Part shown: piece by piece, positions 38,543-52,500 of the stretch
Position numbering within the stretch: the stretch's first letter is position 1
Layout: each line of letters opens with the position of its first letter
DNA from: Octopus vulgaris
Lineage: Eukaryota
Assembly: GCA_951406725.2 (NCBI GenBank)
Contig: OX597815.1
Location: 115,630,001 to 115,694,000, forward strand
DNA: 64,000 bases
Reading direction: 5' to 3'
Translations under genes and position numbers: made by a program
Notes under the pieces: model-generated
Databases searched by the model: none
Told to the model about the DNA's origin: nothing
Seen by the model: the letters and a program-made list of their open reading frames with translations, nothing else

Positions 38543-38689
38543 GAGTACATGTATTTTAAACTTTTACAAAAAAATGGATGACAGTGACTTTGAAGTTTCA
38601 GCCTGCTGATCTTCATCAGGCTTGATAACAAACCAAGACTTTTAAGTCACTGTCACTCATCTACTTGTAAAAGTTAATAAATATATTCT
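38543..38689. mobile_element. ~145-bp fold-back element containing a hammerhead core
   Basis: Arms AACTTTTACAA..GATGACAGTGACTT and AAGTCACTGTCA..CATC..TTGTAAAAGTT. Confidence 0.75.
38586..38619 (-). ncRNA. Hammerhead-like core with all conserved nucleotides present
   Basis: Minus strand CTGATGA agatcagcaggct GAAAC ttcaaa GTC. Stem III ACTT/AAGT is near-palindromic. A local stem I is not evident. Confidence 0.55.
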
Positions 38690-38690
38690 T

Positions 38691-39665
38691 AGAAGGCAGG
38701 CAAACCACAAATCCCTTGAGGTAGTTGGCCCTGCTCAATATGTAGAAAAGGCGTAGGTAGAAACTCTATAAGATGTACCCAGTATAAGCTATGAACACAT
38801 AAGAGGTGCAGCAATATCAAAGGAAGGCTAACTGAGAAGATAGTTTTTGTATGTGGTAGATGCTCAGGAGCAATAAACACTGAAAATGTGCAGAGAACAA
38901 CTTCCGCCACATTCCAGGGAAAAAAACTAGAAGTAGTTGATAGCTTCCGTTACCTATGTGACCAAGTCAGTAGTGGGGGAGGATGCACTGAAAGTGTAGC
39001 TGCTAGAATAAGAATAGCCTGGGCAAAGTTCAGAGAGCTCTTACCTCTGCTGGGGACAAAGGGCCTCTTGCTCAGAGTAAAAGGTAGATTGTATGACACA
39101 TGTATATGAGCAGTCATACTACATGGCAGTGAAACATGAGCCATGACTGATGATGACATGTGTAAGCTCGCAAGGAATGAAGCCAGTATGCTCTGCTGGA
39201 TGTGTATTGTCAGTGTGCATACTCGACAGAGTGTAAGTACCTTGAGAGAAAAGTTGGACCTAAGAAGCATCAGAGAGACGACTGCGTTGGTATGGTCATG
39301 TGGCAAGAATGGATGAGGATAACTGTGTAAAAAAGTGCCACACACTAGCGGTTGAGGGAACCTGTGGTAGAGGCAGACCCAGGAACACCTGGAATGAAGT
39401 GGTGAAGCATGACCTTCAAACATTAGGCCTCACAGAGGCAATGACTAGTGACCAAGACTTTTGGAAATAAGCTATGCACGGTGGCACGTAAAAGCACCCA
39501 CTATACTCTCGGAGTGGTTGGATTTTGGAAGGGCATCCAGCTGTAGAAACTCTGCCAGATCAGATTGGAGCCTGGTGCAGACATCTGGTTCGCCAGTCCT
39601 CAATCAAATCGTCGAACTCATGCTAGCATGGAAAGCAGACATTAAATGATGATGATGATGATGAT
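38691..39665 (+). mobile_element. 5'-truncated RTE-clade LINE including a PHD-finger segment
   Basis: WPCSICRKGVGRNSIRCTQYKL*THKRCSNIKG...FVCGRC, then LEVVDSFRYLCDQVSSGGGC...RIRIAWAKFRELLPLL. Ends GACATTAAATGATGATG. Confidence 0.9.
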
Positions 39666-40028
39666 TAGTGTTTTGATAGCTGCCATGACAGTTGGACTTT
39701 GTGATTTGGAAATAATTCATTTAACTTTAGTGAGTTTTATATTGTACATGTGAATGTATACATGCATGTCTATGTGCATGTGTGCACACACATGCACACA
39801 CACACACACACTCATACTCACACACATTCACATGCACACACACACACACATATATTATTCATAAATGTATGGTAAACTTACAATATATATCTGTTTTTTT
39901 ATATCTTTCTTTTTCTGCACCATACCCTGTCCCTGGCTTGTTTCAAGTCATCCCCTCTTTTTTCTTTATTCTCCCACACTAACTTTATTACTCCTTCAGC
40001 TTCCCTCTAAAAAATATAATGAAAGCAT

Positions 40029-40071
<43 letters not shown>

Positions 40072-40856
40072 ACACACAATGTATTTTGTACTCTGGGGAG
40101 GTCTTGTTGTATATAAACACACACACTGTTTGTTGTTCATTGTTAACCAATTTGTCATAATCTTTTCGTGGCACCAAAGTGGCCTTTCTAATGATTTCGA
40201 ATCCTCCAACAGGTTTTCTTGTGTATTTTATTTTGTCATATGTCATCTATATGTTAAACATATGTGTGTGTTGTTATGTTACTGTTTTGTTTTCATTAAT
40301 TGTTTATATTTTTCATTTCATTTACTTTTCTTTTTGTCTGTGGCCACACAAAAATGTGTGTGTGTGGTCTGTGTGTTTTTGTTGATGTATCTGTAATTTG
40401 TACAGTTTTTTAGATTGGTTAGAGAAGTTGACTTTATCTGACTTTATTTTATCCTCATTCTTATATTACTGTGACTGTGGTGGTGGGGCTTGTTACACTG
40501 TTGCTACTTCACTCATTCTTTGTATTGAGTACATATGTATTTGCTTCCATATGCATATGGCTTCTGTAACCTGTTGGAACATCTGATCTTTTAGATATGT
40601 AGTGAGAATTTTTATTTCAGTGTTGTTTATTGAGTTATAGTGTTTCTTGAGCTATAATGCTTATTGAGCTATAGTGTACAGCATGTTTATAGAGTACAAT
40701 TATTTGTTTCTTTTCATTGTATTCATGCCAGTATGCTCTAATCCTTTCCCTTATACTGAGGCAGTTTATTATATGCAGAAATGCAATGAGTCAATATGTA
40801 CACACAAGTGAACATGCACACAAGGATGCATGTACACACACACCTTTATATATAGT

Positions 40857-41562
40857 GTCACAGAGTGAAAGGCAGATTGTATGATGCCTGTGTACATACA
40901 GCTATGTTACATGGCAGTGAAACATGGGCTTTGACTACAGAAGACTTGAAAGAAATGAAGCCAGTATGCTCCACTGGATGGGTAATATCAGTGTGTATGC
41001 ACAACAGAGAGTAAATGATTAAAGAGGAAAACTGAGTATAAGAGGCATCAGATGTTGTGTGCAGGAAAGAAGACTATGCTGGTTTGGTCATGTGATGTGT
41101 ATGGTTGTGGGCAGCTGCATAAAGGAATGCAGAGCTCTAAATGCTGAAAGGTAGATTCAAGTAGACCCAGGATTGAAGTGGTGAGAAAGGATCTTTGGAC
41201 ACTGGGCCTCACTGAGGAAATAACAAGGGACAGGCAGATGTGGCAATTTACTGTACTTGATAAGTCACATCAAGCTAAGTAAAACCGCTGTCTTCTACAC
41301 ATACAGGCTTGTCCTTTCAGGTGCCAGTGCCACTTAAAAAGCACCTGTGATGGTGTTGCATTAATGCACCTGTATCAGTGCTGCATAAATGTACCCATGC
41401 CAGTGGCATGTAAAAAGCACACTGTTAACTGGTTGGCATTAGGAAGGGTACCCAGCTGTAGAAACCATGCCTCAACAGAGCTGGAGTCTGGACAACTCTC
41501 TGCTAGCCAACTCCATGCCAGCATGGAAAGCAGACATTAAACAATGATGATGATGATAATGA
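40857..41562 (+). mobile_element. Older 5'-truncated RTE-clade LINE
   Basis: RVKGRLYDACVHTAMLHGSETWAL...LCWFGHV, with the same 3' end (CATGGAAAGCAGACATTAAAC plus (GAT)n). Confidence 0.85.
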
Positions 41563-42949
41563 TATATATGACAGCTTTCTTTCAGTTTCTGTCTACCAAA
41601 TCTACTCACAAGGCTTTGGTCAGCCCAATGCTATAGTAGAAGTTGCTAGTAAACTGATAAAATATATGTATATGAGGATTACTTGTATCTCAGACCTAAT
41701 TTATGTAGTTGTTAATTAATGTTATTCAATGGAATTCTTATATTTAAAAAATAAGTTCCAGGTTGCCCAAATTAAATGAATATTAGCATACACTCTTGAA
41801 AAGTAGCATAATCCACTTTTTATAGTCTAGTTTGGCAGTCCTTCATGTAAAGTGAATAAGAAACTGTTTAACTGAACTGTCTTGTCAAGGGTTTGTATCT
41901 GTTTCTACTGTCGGTGTGTATGAATGCACATATATTTGTGTGTAACACAGTACCTTTTGTGTAACAGATATACCAGTTACTAGGTAGCATTTCAATACAT
42001 CTAACATACAGGTTTGGCCAAAAGTCACCCGACAGTAAATCAAAATTCCATAAATACGTGATATTCAATTTTATTTATTCATTCCAATTATGAATGTTTA
42101 ATAATTGAGTGCTGTGAGTTAAAATCACCTTTTTTTTTGTTTTTTTGTTTTTATTTTTCAACATTTGTCTGTTTATTAGCAAAGTCTCATATAAAATATT
42201 TTTTTCTTTTAATCTTGGAATTAAATGGGTTTTGCTTTACTGTCAGGTGACTTTAACACACACACATTAACTATCTACAGGCAGTACTAATTCATTATCT
42301 TTTTCCTACATTACATACATACACACGCACATGCACAAAAAGACACACAAGGTGTTCTAGTCCACTCAGCTGGCAAAATGAGTTGTACCTGTACTCTCAA
42401 ACAACATCCATACACTTATTGTTTGATGGAAGAAGATAGATATTTATAACATATGCACTCACACAGTTTGTGCAAGTGTGAATTAGCAGAGGTTTTCAAC
42501 CAACACTGAAAAGGAACTAAATAAATATTTAAATTAAGAAGTGTCATATGAGATGTAATTATATTAATGAACTTTATTTTCATAGGTTGTTTTCCACAAG
42601 TAAAATCTTGTATATGTTTACTCATCCAACAAAACCGTTCTAGTCATGCTAAACACCTGATCAAATTGAAATAAACAAAAAAAAGGTCATGGCTAACCAA
42701 GGACAACCTTTTGTTTACTTTTCTTTTTGACATGTATGTATATTTACATACACACACTTCTATTTTCTATTTTAAACATATAAAACTAATTTGGTCTTAT
42801 TCACTAGCTCACCTTTGTCATAAAAGCAGCAAATATCCCTGTCTAAATAATTTAGCTTTCTCATTGTGAAAATTATTTGTTTTACAATTAAAACTACATT
42901 ATCTTAATTCTGACAGTCTCAAACTGAATAAACCAAAGATTTTACTGAA

Positions 42950-43465
42950 GATAGTATTGAAGAAAATTTGTCTGATACTAATTGCAAAACTGAAGATGAA
43001 GAAAACAGAAGCCTCAAAACTGTAAGAAAGTGTTAAAGAAACTAGAGTATTTGATACTTTAAGTAATGTTGGTGAATAAAAAACCAGTTTTATTTCAGTT
43101 ATTCTACCTGATGATAGTCCCAGTCACAATCTTACTAGAAGCTACAAGATCATTGAAATATTTTTTTCAAATTCAGTCCTCTGACAGTTTTTGACATGAT
43201 AGTAACTGAAGCAATTAAATGTTTGGATGCAAACATTTCAAAATGAAATAGATACAAATGTTTGTTAACATTAATATCTTTATGGGAGTGCAGCAACTGC
43301 CAAGAAGATTATTGGAGTTCATAAAAATAAACTGGTAATACTTTCATTGCCAGTCAAATCAGTAGAAATTGCTTCATAATCTTAATGAATGTAATTTCAT
43401 CTTAGAGACACTACTATCCTCCAAAGAAGAAAAAAATTATGAGCCTGTCTATAAGGTGTAACCTC
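42950..43465 (+). mobile_element. Decayed piggyBac-like transposase remnant
   Basis: Acidic N-terminal stretch (DSIEENLSD...EDEEN), then fragments IFMGVQQLP / DYWSS / GNTFIASQISRNCF / PVYKV typical of PGBD transposases. Confidence 0.55.
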
Positions 43466-43477
43466 AGTTATAGAGTA

Positions 43478-43780
43478 TCATCATTATCATCATCATCTAA
43501 CGTCTATTTTCCATGCTGGCATGGGTTGGATCGTTTGACTGAAAACTGGTAAGTTGGGGAGCTGCACCAGGTTCCAATCTGATTTAGCGTGGTTTCTACA
43601 GCTGGAAGCCCTTCCTGATGTCAACCACTCCAAGGGTATAGTGGGTGCTTTTTACATGCCACTAGCATGGGTGCCAGTTACGAAACACCAGCATCAGCCA
43701 TGACTACAATCTCACTTGGCTTGACAAGTCTTCTCAAACACAGTATATTGCCAAAGGTTTCAGTAACTTGCCGTTGCTTG
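43478..43780 (-). mobile_element. RTE LINE 3'-tail fragment (similar pieces at 54640-54922 -, 51846-51975 -, 51032-51172 +, 16530-16745 +)
   Basis: (CAT)n followed by AACGTC..TTTCCATGCTGGCATGGGTTGGA...TTTCTACAGCTGGA.GCCCTTCCT, the reverse complement of the LINE tail. Confidence 0.8.
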
Positions 43781-44422
43781 TAGATACCTACATCCTAGAC
43801 CAGACTAAAATCCTGGCAAATTCTGTTCAGAAACTCAACAAAGTTGAGCATAAAAAGTTACTAAATCTGCTGAACTAGCTTCAAACACTTTTGTGGCTTC
43901 AATGTGGAGCTACACTTTTGTAGTGGAAAAGTGAAGGTGACAATACAATATTGTTTGGAATCTCTTAATCATGGCATATTCAGTTAAGATTTCTCTACTT
44001 TGAGTGTTTACATGCCTCCATTACACTAGCTGAACATCTTTAAACCTCTAAAACTTATGTATACAGCATAGTTATGATAAGTAGAAGTAGTCTGCTTTTA
44101 GAAACTAAAGATGCTAAACAAAAACAATATAACTTTTTTTCTTAAGTTATAAAATATTTTACTCCGTCTTCTCACCTTATTAAACACAGTTTGTAATTTG
44201 CATATCTTTGGATGTTTGTTGTAATTTTCAGTCTATTTTATCTCAACCATTCAAATTTGATGATATTCAAATGCACTTAAGGAAAAGATTATTTATAATT
44301 AAATTGTTTGTTTTGTAGATTTTGGTAAGATTTGTTCTATTCTCCAAGACTATAAATAATGTAAATTTCAGTATTTCATTTTTCCATTTGGTTTGCAAGA
44401 TTCTTGATGTGAACTCGTGTGT

Positions 44423-44760
44423 TGAAACAAATTTTGTTGTATTTTGAGATAATACACTGGTTCAGTTTCATTTCTATTATTATTAGTCATTTGGTTAGTT
44501 ACTTAACCAACTAACTAATCAATTGTTTGCTTAATCACTTGGTTAGCCAACCAATCAGCTGTTTGTGAATGTCCTTCTATGACCATTCACAACCTCAGTA
44601 ACACTTTGACAAGCAACTGATTAGTTGATTAACCAAGTGACTAAGCAAACAATCGATTAGTTAGTTGGTTTAATAATTAAGCAATTTACTAATAATAAAG
44701 AAGTGGTTTGAACTAGTGCACTTGTTTATTATTGGCATAGATACAACAAAATAACTTTCA
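44423..44760. repeat. ~340-bp imperfect fold-back (MITE-like hairpin)
   Basis: AACCAACTAACTAATCAATTGTTTGCTTAATCACTTGGTTAG.. pairs with ..TAACCAAGTGACTAAGCAAACAATCGATTAGTTAGTTGGTT. Outer arms ATTTTGTTGTAT and ATACAACAAAAT. Confidence 0.85.
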
Positions 44761-47700
44761 GTATTTGTTAATAAGATTTGTAAGACATGTAATTAATTTC
44801 ATGGCTATTCCAATACAGTTGTTGACAATACTTGTTGATTTTAGAAAACACAACACTTCCAATGTCGTTTTAACGCATGAGCACTCTGGGCAGTTACTTT
44901 GCAGCCTAACAAGTCTAGGGGTCCAATTCTGATCTATGTACAATGACTGCCAATAAATAAATACTATAACACCCAGAGCATTGATTTGCCTGCAGCCTGT
45001 AATGTTAAGGCAGCACTGAACTCTTTTACTACTTAGACCCTGGTCTGTGTAGAAGCATTGTGCTTTCTTTTCTACTAATGTTCACCTTTCTTGCTAATGT
45101 TCACTTGTCAATTATATCTCCCTTATGAATTATCTTCTGCTATTCCAACTTTATTTCTGTGCCTCAGCCTAAAGACTGTTTTTTCTTTCTCAAACATACT
45201 TTTTCTTTCAAAATGATCAAGAATCTACCTCTTATCTTATTGATGTGGACTACCACTTTTCCCCCTTAAATTCCAATGATTATATTTGAATAGCTTTCAG
45301 TGTCAATGTCACACCAGTGAAGCTATCAGCAATAAGAAGAATAACATATTCCTGATATCAGCATCTCTGATAAAATGGCTTCAACTAAACTATATCTGAT
45401 AACAGGGAAATTTCCCAGCTATGATCTCTATATGAAGAACATGTAGCTAAGTACAGGTTAACATAATTTCATGAACCAAAAAAAATAAATATGGAGGCAA
45501 CAAGATAAATGGCAAAGAATATTTCTCATCTACTTAGGGCAGTGAGCTGGTAGAATTGTTATCATGCCATAAAAAATGCTTAACAGCATTTCTTCTGACA
45601 TTATGTTCTTTGTTCAAATGCCACAAGGGTCGACTTTGCCTTTCATCCATTTGGTGTCAATAAAATAAGTACCAGTTGAACACTGGTGTTGATGTGATCG
45701 AATTACTCCTTCCCTGAAATTGCTGGAATTGTGCCAAAATTTGAAACCAATATTTCCCATCTGTTACAGAGTAGGCATATAGTCAACAGATTATACACCA
45801 ATATGGTGTATACATGTGTATGTATAATTTTATACATACACACACACATACCCACACACACACACACACACACATGAGTATGAGTACCCATGTATAATTT
45901 CTGTACACACACATAGTAGTGTACATAAAGTTTTGTTCTCACATATTTTATACACTTTTCTTTTTTTTTTTTTTTTTTACATTCTCTGCATAAAAATAAA
46001 ATAAAACAAGTGGAGTTTCCAAACTCTTGGTTTCTAAATATGTTCTGAGAATAAGATTTCTATCTATAGCTTACTGCTGTCGATGTAAATTCCACTTTAA
46101 ACTCTTATCTTTCCATATCTGGCTAAAAGAATCTTAGTGATAGATTCATATTTTAGTTTTGTTCTACAAAAAATTTATGGACATCATGAATACTAATTCA
46201 TTAATTTTTCTTGTACCCACGCTCAAATCAATATATATCTATTAAAATATATTTTCCCCTTGTATTTATTTTAAAATATATCAGGTTATTTATAAGCTGT
46301 TGTAATCAACAGTTGACTTAGAACTACTTTTAAATATCTTAAATTTCTATTGATTTAATAATTTTAGAACATTGTTTTCATTTTTTTTTTCGGCTTCAGC
46401 GTCATATAACTATAATAGTTTAATTTCTTTTCATCTAACTGTCATTGCCTCTCACATGAGCTTTTATTGTAACCATACACATCATCTAATAAGAATTCCT
46501 TGTAATGCTTCATAGGTTTCTTTATATTAATGTTTTCCGCTTATATTAATGTTTTCCGCCTTGCAGCATTATACTGTAGCTTCCTATCAAAGAACATTAT
46601 TCTTTAGACTGGCCAATATCTTCAATGGCTACATAGTGTTTGTTGTTTTCCAACTGAATAAATGAATGATATATTTGAGGAGCTCTTCAACCAGAAACAG
46701 AAAAACTGAACACTTTTAGAGTGAAAGAGAGAGAAAAAGAGATTTCATTTATGTAGTTTCATTTATGTTGTAACCTACAGCATTTATCCAAATACAATTG
46801 TGGTCACATGTGATTCTATATGTTCAGAAGTGTTATTCATCTGATGGCCAAACCTGTTGCATGAAACTAGTAGCCACCTTAAATAGATCTAATCATGTAA
46901 AAACTGCAAAATACATGCAATAATATTAGCATAGAAATGACATCATATCTCCCGAAAGCAAATTGGTGTAATTCCTTTTGTTATTCGAGAATTATTTGAA
47001 AAGTGTTTGTTCCTGTATCAGTTGTCAAATCACAATCATTATTAACAATTTAGCATATCATTCAAAACTTGAGGGATGGATTCAGTATTTATTATATTTC
47101 TGTCCATTACTTATCTGATCTGCACGAACTAGTATACCCTATTGTCCATCCTGAATAACTGTATCTGTATTATGTTTTCTTTGAGATGTTATATCTAACA
47201 TGTTGCTGTTAATTTTTCTGTATCTGTTATATTAATCTGAACTGCAGTTTCATAGGACATTGCCATTAGGGGTTATACATGTTTGCCTATCAAAGCAGAT
47301 AGACTAAGGAGTTTTCCTAAGTAAAGGGAATGCTCAGCAACTTAAAACCATATAACTAAAATATACATTAATAGAATCTTTATTTGGTAATTATGCTTAA
47401 AAGTTCTTTTTAAAATTTTCCACCATTCTGTCAGCAATTTCATTTGAATCTGGAATATATAATGGTGTTTTCATAGGTTTACATAAGTCATTGTCATGAA
47501 ATTTACAGGCAGTGTCAAATTCTAATGCTTCTAGGAAAACAATTCTGGTAAACACAATTTTTAACACTTGCCTAACTCTTTCTGTTTCTTTATTCCTAAT
47601 TCTTTATACTTCTGGTCATTCATAATATGCATCAACACATATCGGTTTCAAATTTTGGCAGAAAGCTAGCAATTTTGAGGCAATGAGTAAGTTGGTTATA

Positions 47701-49060
47701 TTGACCCCCAATGTTCAGTTGGTACTTATTTTATTGACCAGAGGAAAGGCAAAGTTGACCTCAGAAGAATTTGAACTTAGAATATAAAGATGGATGAAAA
47801 GCCACTAAGCATTTTGGTCAGCATGCTAACAAGTCTGTCAGCTCGCCACCTTATGTATCAACAAATATTAAGAACAGTACATTATTCTTCACATAAATGT
47901 GATCCATATGCATATTTCATTTTTTTTTTACCATCCTCTCAAAAATATTATATTTAATCCATATATTATGTTTATACTTTCAATATCTAATACTACCTAA
48001 TGACTCTATATAGCTGGACAAGCTTGTTTCTGTATCTTGTATGTCTTCATCTTGGAGTAATGGCGTTATAGATTGTCAATTAACTAAGTATATTATCTAA
48101 ACATTTTTCTTCAATTTAAATCAGGATAGGCAAAGAGAGTAAATGGAAGAAAAGTTAGAGTCACTCATAGCTTCATAGATTTAGAAATACATAGTAACAA
48201 TTTTGAATGTACCCAATTCATTTTCTTTCCTTGCCAAACCGGTAGGCTCAAGTTCAAATTCAAGTAACTTCTGGAAATTTCTAATTGTTATTGGTCATTT
48301 TACTATCAGCCATACTCTCTGTGTGTGTGTGTTGTTTAGTTTAAAAAGAAATAGTTTCTTATAATTATAAGTTGCTAATATTGAAGCTATAAACTTAAAA
48401 AAACTTATAAAATTCATGTTTCATGTTGCGAGTGTATAATAAAAGTGGATATAATATACATCTATTTACATACATACACATGCACACATATTTATACATA
48501 CCCATATACAAACACACACACGCACACACACACTCAATAATTTGTAATTTATTATTTATACTGCAATATATTGTATTTTATTAAACATTTTCAGTATACT
48601 GATCTTATAATAGTTGCTTTTTTGTTTTTATTATAACCGAGTGTCAGCTCCTTTAAGTGTGACATTCCCAATACCCCTTTCACTTATGCTTACTTCTATT
48701 GCTCCTACTAACCCTTCCCACTTATCATATTCTTGTCCTCTCTCTTCTTTATTTTTATTTTCTTTAAATTATTTTACTTGATCTGTTGTCACTATTGCTC
48801 TTGGAAGATTTCTCCACCTTCCTTAGTTAATTTATGGCTTGAGTCAGAATCAAGTTCCAACTACTACATTTTCCTTTCCTGGCAGATAATTGTCAGGTAA
48901 TATGAGATAATTAGTGTCCAACCTCACTACTAATCTTATCTAGTAAGGTTAAATTATCTTTGTTCTTGATCCTATGTTACTCTATTATGTTTTATTCGCT
49001 TGTCAGAAGGTTTTGCTTCCACACTATATGTAAATAGGCTCATCTCACTGTGGTCTTCAC

Positions 49061-49092
<32 letters not shown>

Positions 49093-49365
49093 CATAGCTT
49101 TCCAAGTACCATTTGTATTGCTTTTTGACCTTTATCTGACAAAATGATCATGGATCACATGTAATATGTTTGGATATTACGTAATCACTATTTATTATCA
49201 TGATATGTCTGGGTGTTGTTGAAACAATCGTAATGAAGGAATAAATGTAATACCAACACCTCCATTCTTGGACTTACTGCATTACACTCTGCAACTAACA
49301 AATTATCTTACCAATTTTACTTTCTATGGAATGATGTTCTGAGGAAACTGTTCAGAATTCTAAAT

Positions 49366-49521
<156 letters not shown>

Positions 49522-52500
49522 TTGTCTGTAATCAAGAGCTCTAGAAAGGAACTAAATAATATCAGATTTGGTGATTTCAGTTTTAGTAATATGTTTAATA
49601 TGTTTGTTGTTTATTTTTAAATAATGTTTAGTGTCTTCCTTTGCACAAATCAGATATTGACAAAAGTGCAAAAAATTTAATACATACAAATCTGTTTCCA
49701 ATTAAAATCCTATGAACAACTTACTTAGATAATTCATTACTGTAGTTATTTATTGCTGAATGAAGCTTACCATAATTCTTCTGAAAATCTGCTTTTAATA
49801 TTGTCTCTAAAGAGATTATAGAAACTATGCATTCTCGTTAGGATACTGATGGCAGTTGTTTGTGTCTGAAGACCATGAGGAAGGAGGAGGCTGCTTATAT
49901 GCAGATATACAGAGTTGAGACTGTGACTATCAGTACCATCCAACACCTGTTATTTTTGTTACTTCTCCATCACTGCAGATCTTTTCTTCCTGTCTGCGTT
50001 TAGTGGTTTTAAAATGAGAGTCAGACTGTGTAGTCTGATCCCACTCCTTACATTTGGAAGTCTGACCACAGTGACTCAGCAGGGCTAAGAGACTGTGGTG
50101 ACCAGCAAGCTGTAGGCTTTACATTAGAGTGGCCTTCTCCTAACCTAGAGTTGCCAGAAGGGTGTGAAAGAGGGACTTTGAGGAATGTGGAACCACTATT
50201 GTTCCCAGGTCTTCTCTGAACTAGAGTAGCAGCACCTGTAATGTGGCAATTAACTTATGGAAGTTATGGAAGAAACTCCAAGCACAAACCCTCACTGTCT
50301 TGTGAGTGCCTTAGGAAAGAAAAAGGCTAGGGGAGTTAACCTTTTTAGAATATACTCTCATTTTTTACATTAAAATGCTGTTGATAAAGGCTTACTTCTG
50401 CCAGATTTTGATTTCAGAGAAGGTGCTATTTATGATTGAAATATTGGATCTGAATGATCTTGTCTCTTTCAATGTAACATTTCATAAAATAGTTGTATGT
50501 GTGAAAACATGTATCTAAAAGTAAATTTTATGTAGCTTTGTAGCTTGTAAATCCTCCATGAGTTAGTACTAACAAATTTTGTTTGCCTGTCACTTCATTT
50601 CTCCTAAATCTTTTGGATCAGCATTTTTCAAGAAGTTCATTTTTCCTCTCTATTTTGCCTTTTTTTTTACTTCATTTATCATAATATTCATATAGATATA
50701 AAATTAACTATATGGACATTAAATTTACAAATTATATCATCATACATCTTTATTAGTTAAAACAATAAAATAACTGATTTAAAAAATTATATAATCAAGA
50801 GAAAAATCCTAAATGCTATATATTCAGAATATTTTATAATTTTCCCATTACAACAATACCAAAAGCCACAAAATAATCATTAACAACCAAACCTTAATTG
50901 TAAAGAGCATTCAAAAAGCCAGTAGAAATGAGATGTTCTGTTCATTAATTTACTACTACTCTGATCACTCAGAGAAATGAAGTAAAGAATAAAATAAATA
51001 AAACATGCTTTATATATTTTATTCTTTACTGATTGGTGTCAGAAAAGGCATCCAGCCATAGAAACTATGCCAAAGCAGACAGTAGATTTTGGCACAGTCC
51101 TCTGGCATGCCAGTTCCTGTCAAACCATCCAACCCATGCCAGTATGGAAAAGGATGTTAAATGATGATGACAATGACAACTGATTTGATGCTGAGGTATC
51201 TTCAAGGGTTTTAATCAATTTTAGGAATTTCTTTTTATCAAATGTCTAAGCCCAACTACAAGATTCGACCTGTTTGATACAACTAGATAATTTTGGTTGA
51301 TACATCAATCTATTTGCCATCTCTTCATTTGTCAACCTAAGGATATAATAGATGACATTACCCAAAGTATTGTGCAGTGAGACTGATTTGAAAATTGCAT
51401 GGCTGTAAGACTAATTTCTCAACCACATCACTATACCTTGACCCATGACACATTAGATAAATCTATAAATGTATTGGTTCCAGAATGTTAACAAACCAAG
51501 TTTTAACTCATGAATTATAAATCCAGTGCTTTATACATTTAAATTTCCTATGTGCAAACATTCCTTCTCCATTCTCTTTATGTTTCTAATCTATTCTTTT
51601 ATACCCCTTCAAATAATTATGGTATTTGTGCTGAATGTTGCAGGATGCTAGATATTATATACTTCTTAATTCATAAGACATTACATAACCAATCATATGT
51701 GTCAGTAAAGAGTTAATTGAAATATTATGACAAGAACTTTTAGGCTTAAGATAGCATTTATCAAACTTTAAATTTTCCTTTACTCTTTACACACATACAC
51801 ATACTATATATATATATACACACACATATTATATATATATTTATATCATCATCATCATTTAACATCTGTCTTCTACACTGGTTAAGTTGGATGGTTTGAC
51901 AAGATCCAAAAAGCTAAAGTTTGTTTTGGCATGGTTTCAATGGTTGGATGCCCTTCCTAATACCAGCCACTTTATGGAATATGCTGTAACTTACATGACA
52001 AAGAAAAGGACCCCTCAACTGAGTGGGTTGTAGTAGAGCATGAGGTAGCTTTATATCAGTTGTTGAGAGGCTAAAGGATGCTGGAGGAACAAGAAAAGAT
52101 ATGTAGCTACCCTACATTATATAAGGGTGAGTAGGAATTGCTGGAAAGAAGATATTGGTAATAGAGATAAGGTGTCAGAGCATACTCTCAAGATACAAGA
52201 AAGTGAGTATAGTAGAGAATACAAAGAATTGAGAAAGGCGGGTGGATAAGTTCATTAGGGTGTGAGAGGGGAGTGATAGATGGTTAGACATGGATGTAAA
52301 GACGAATGTAGTGAATGGATCAAGGGTGAAGTTGTGCCACATAAGTATGGCAGGTAGGTAAAAGAATAGGAGTGACTCAGGGAGGAGGAAGTGATAAGTG
52401 ACAGTGGGGGGAGGAGAGCAGCAATATAATAAACTTGTAGGTAGATCAGAAAGCATAGAAATGCTGTGTGGGATGGGAGAGTGAGGGGAAAAAAAGAGAG

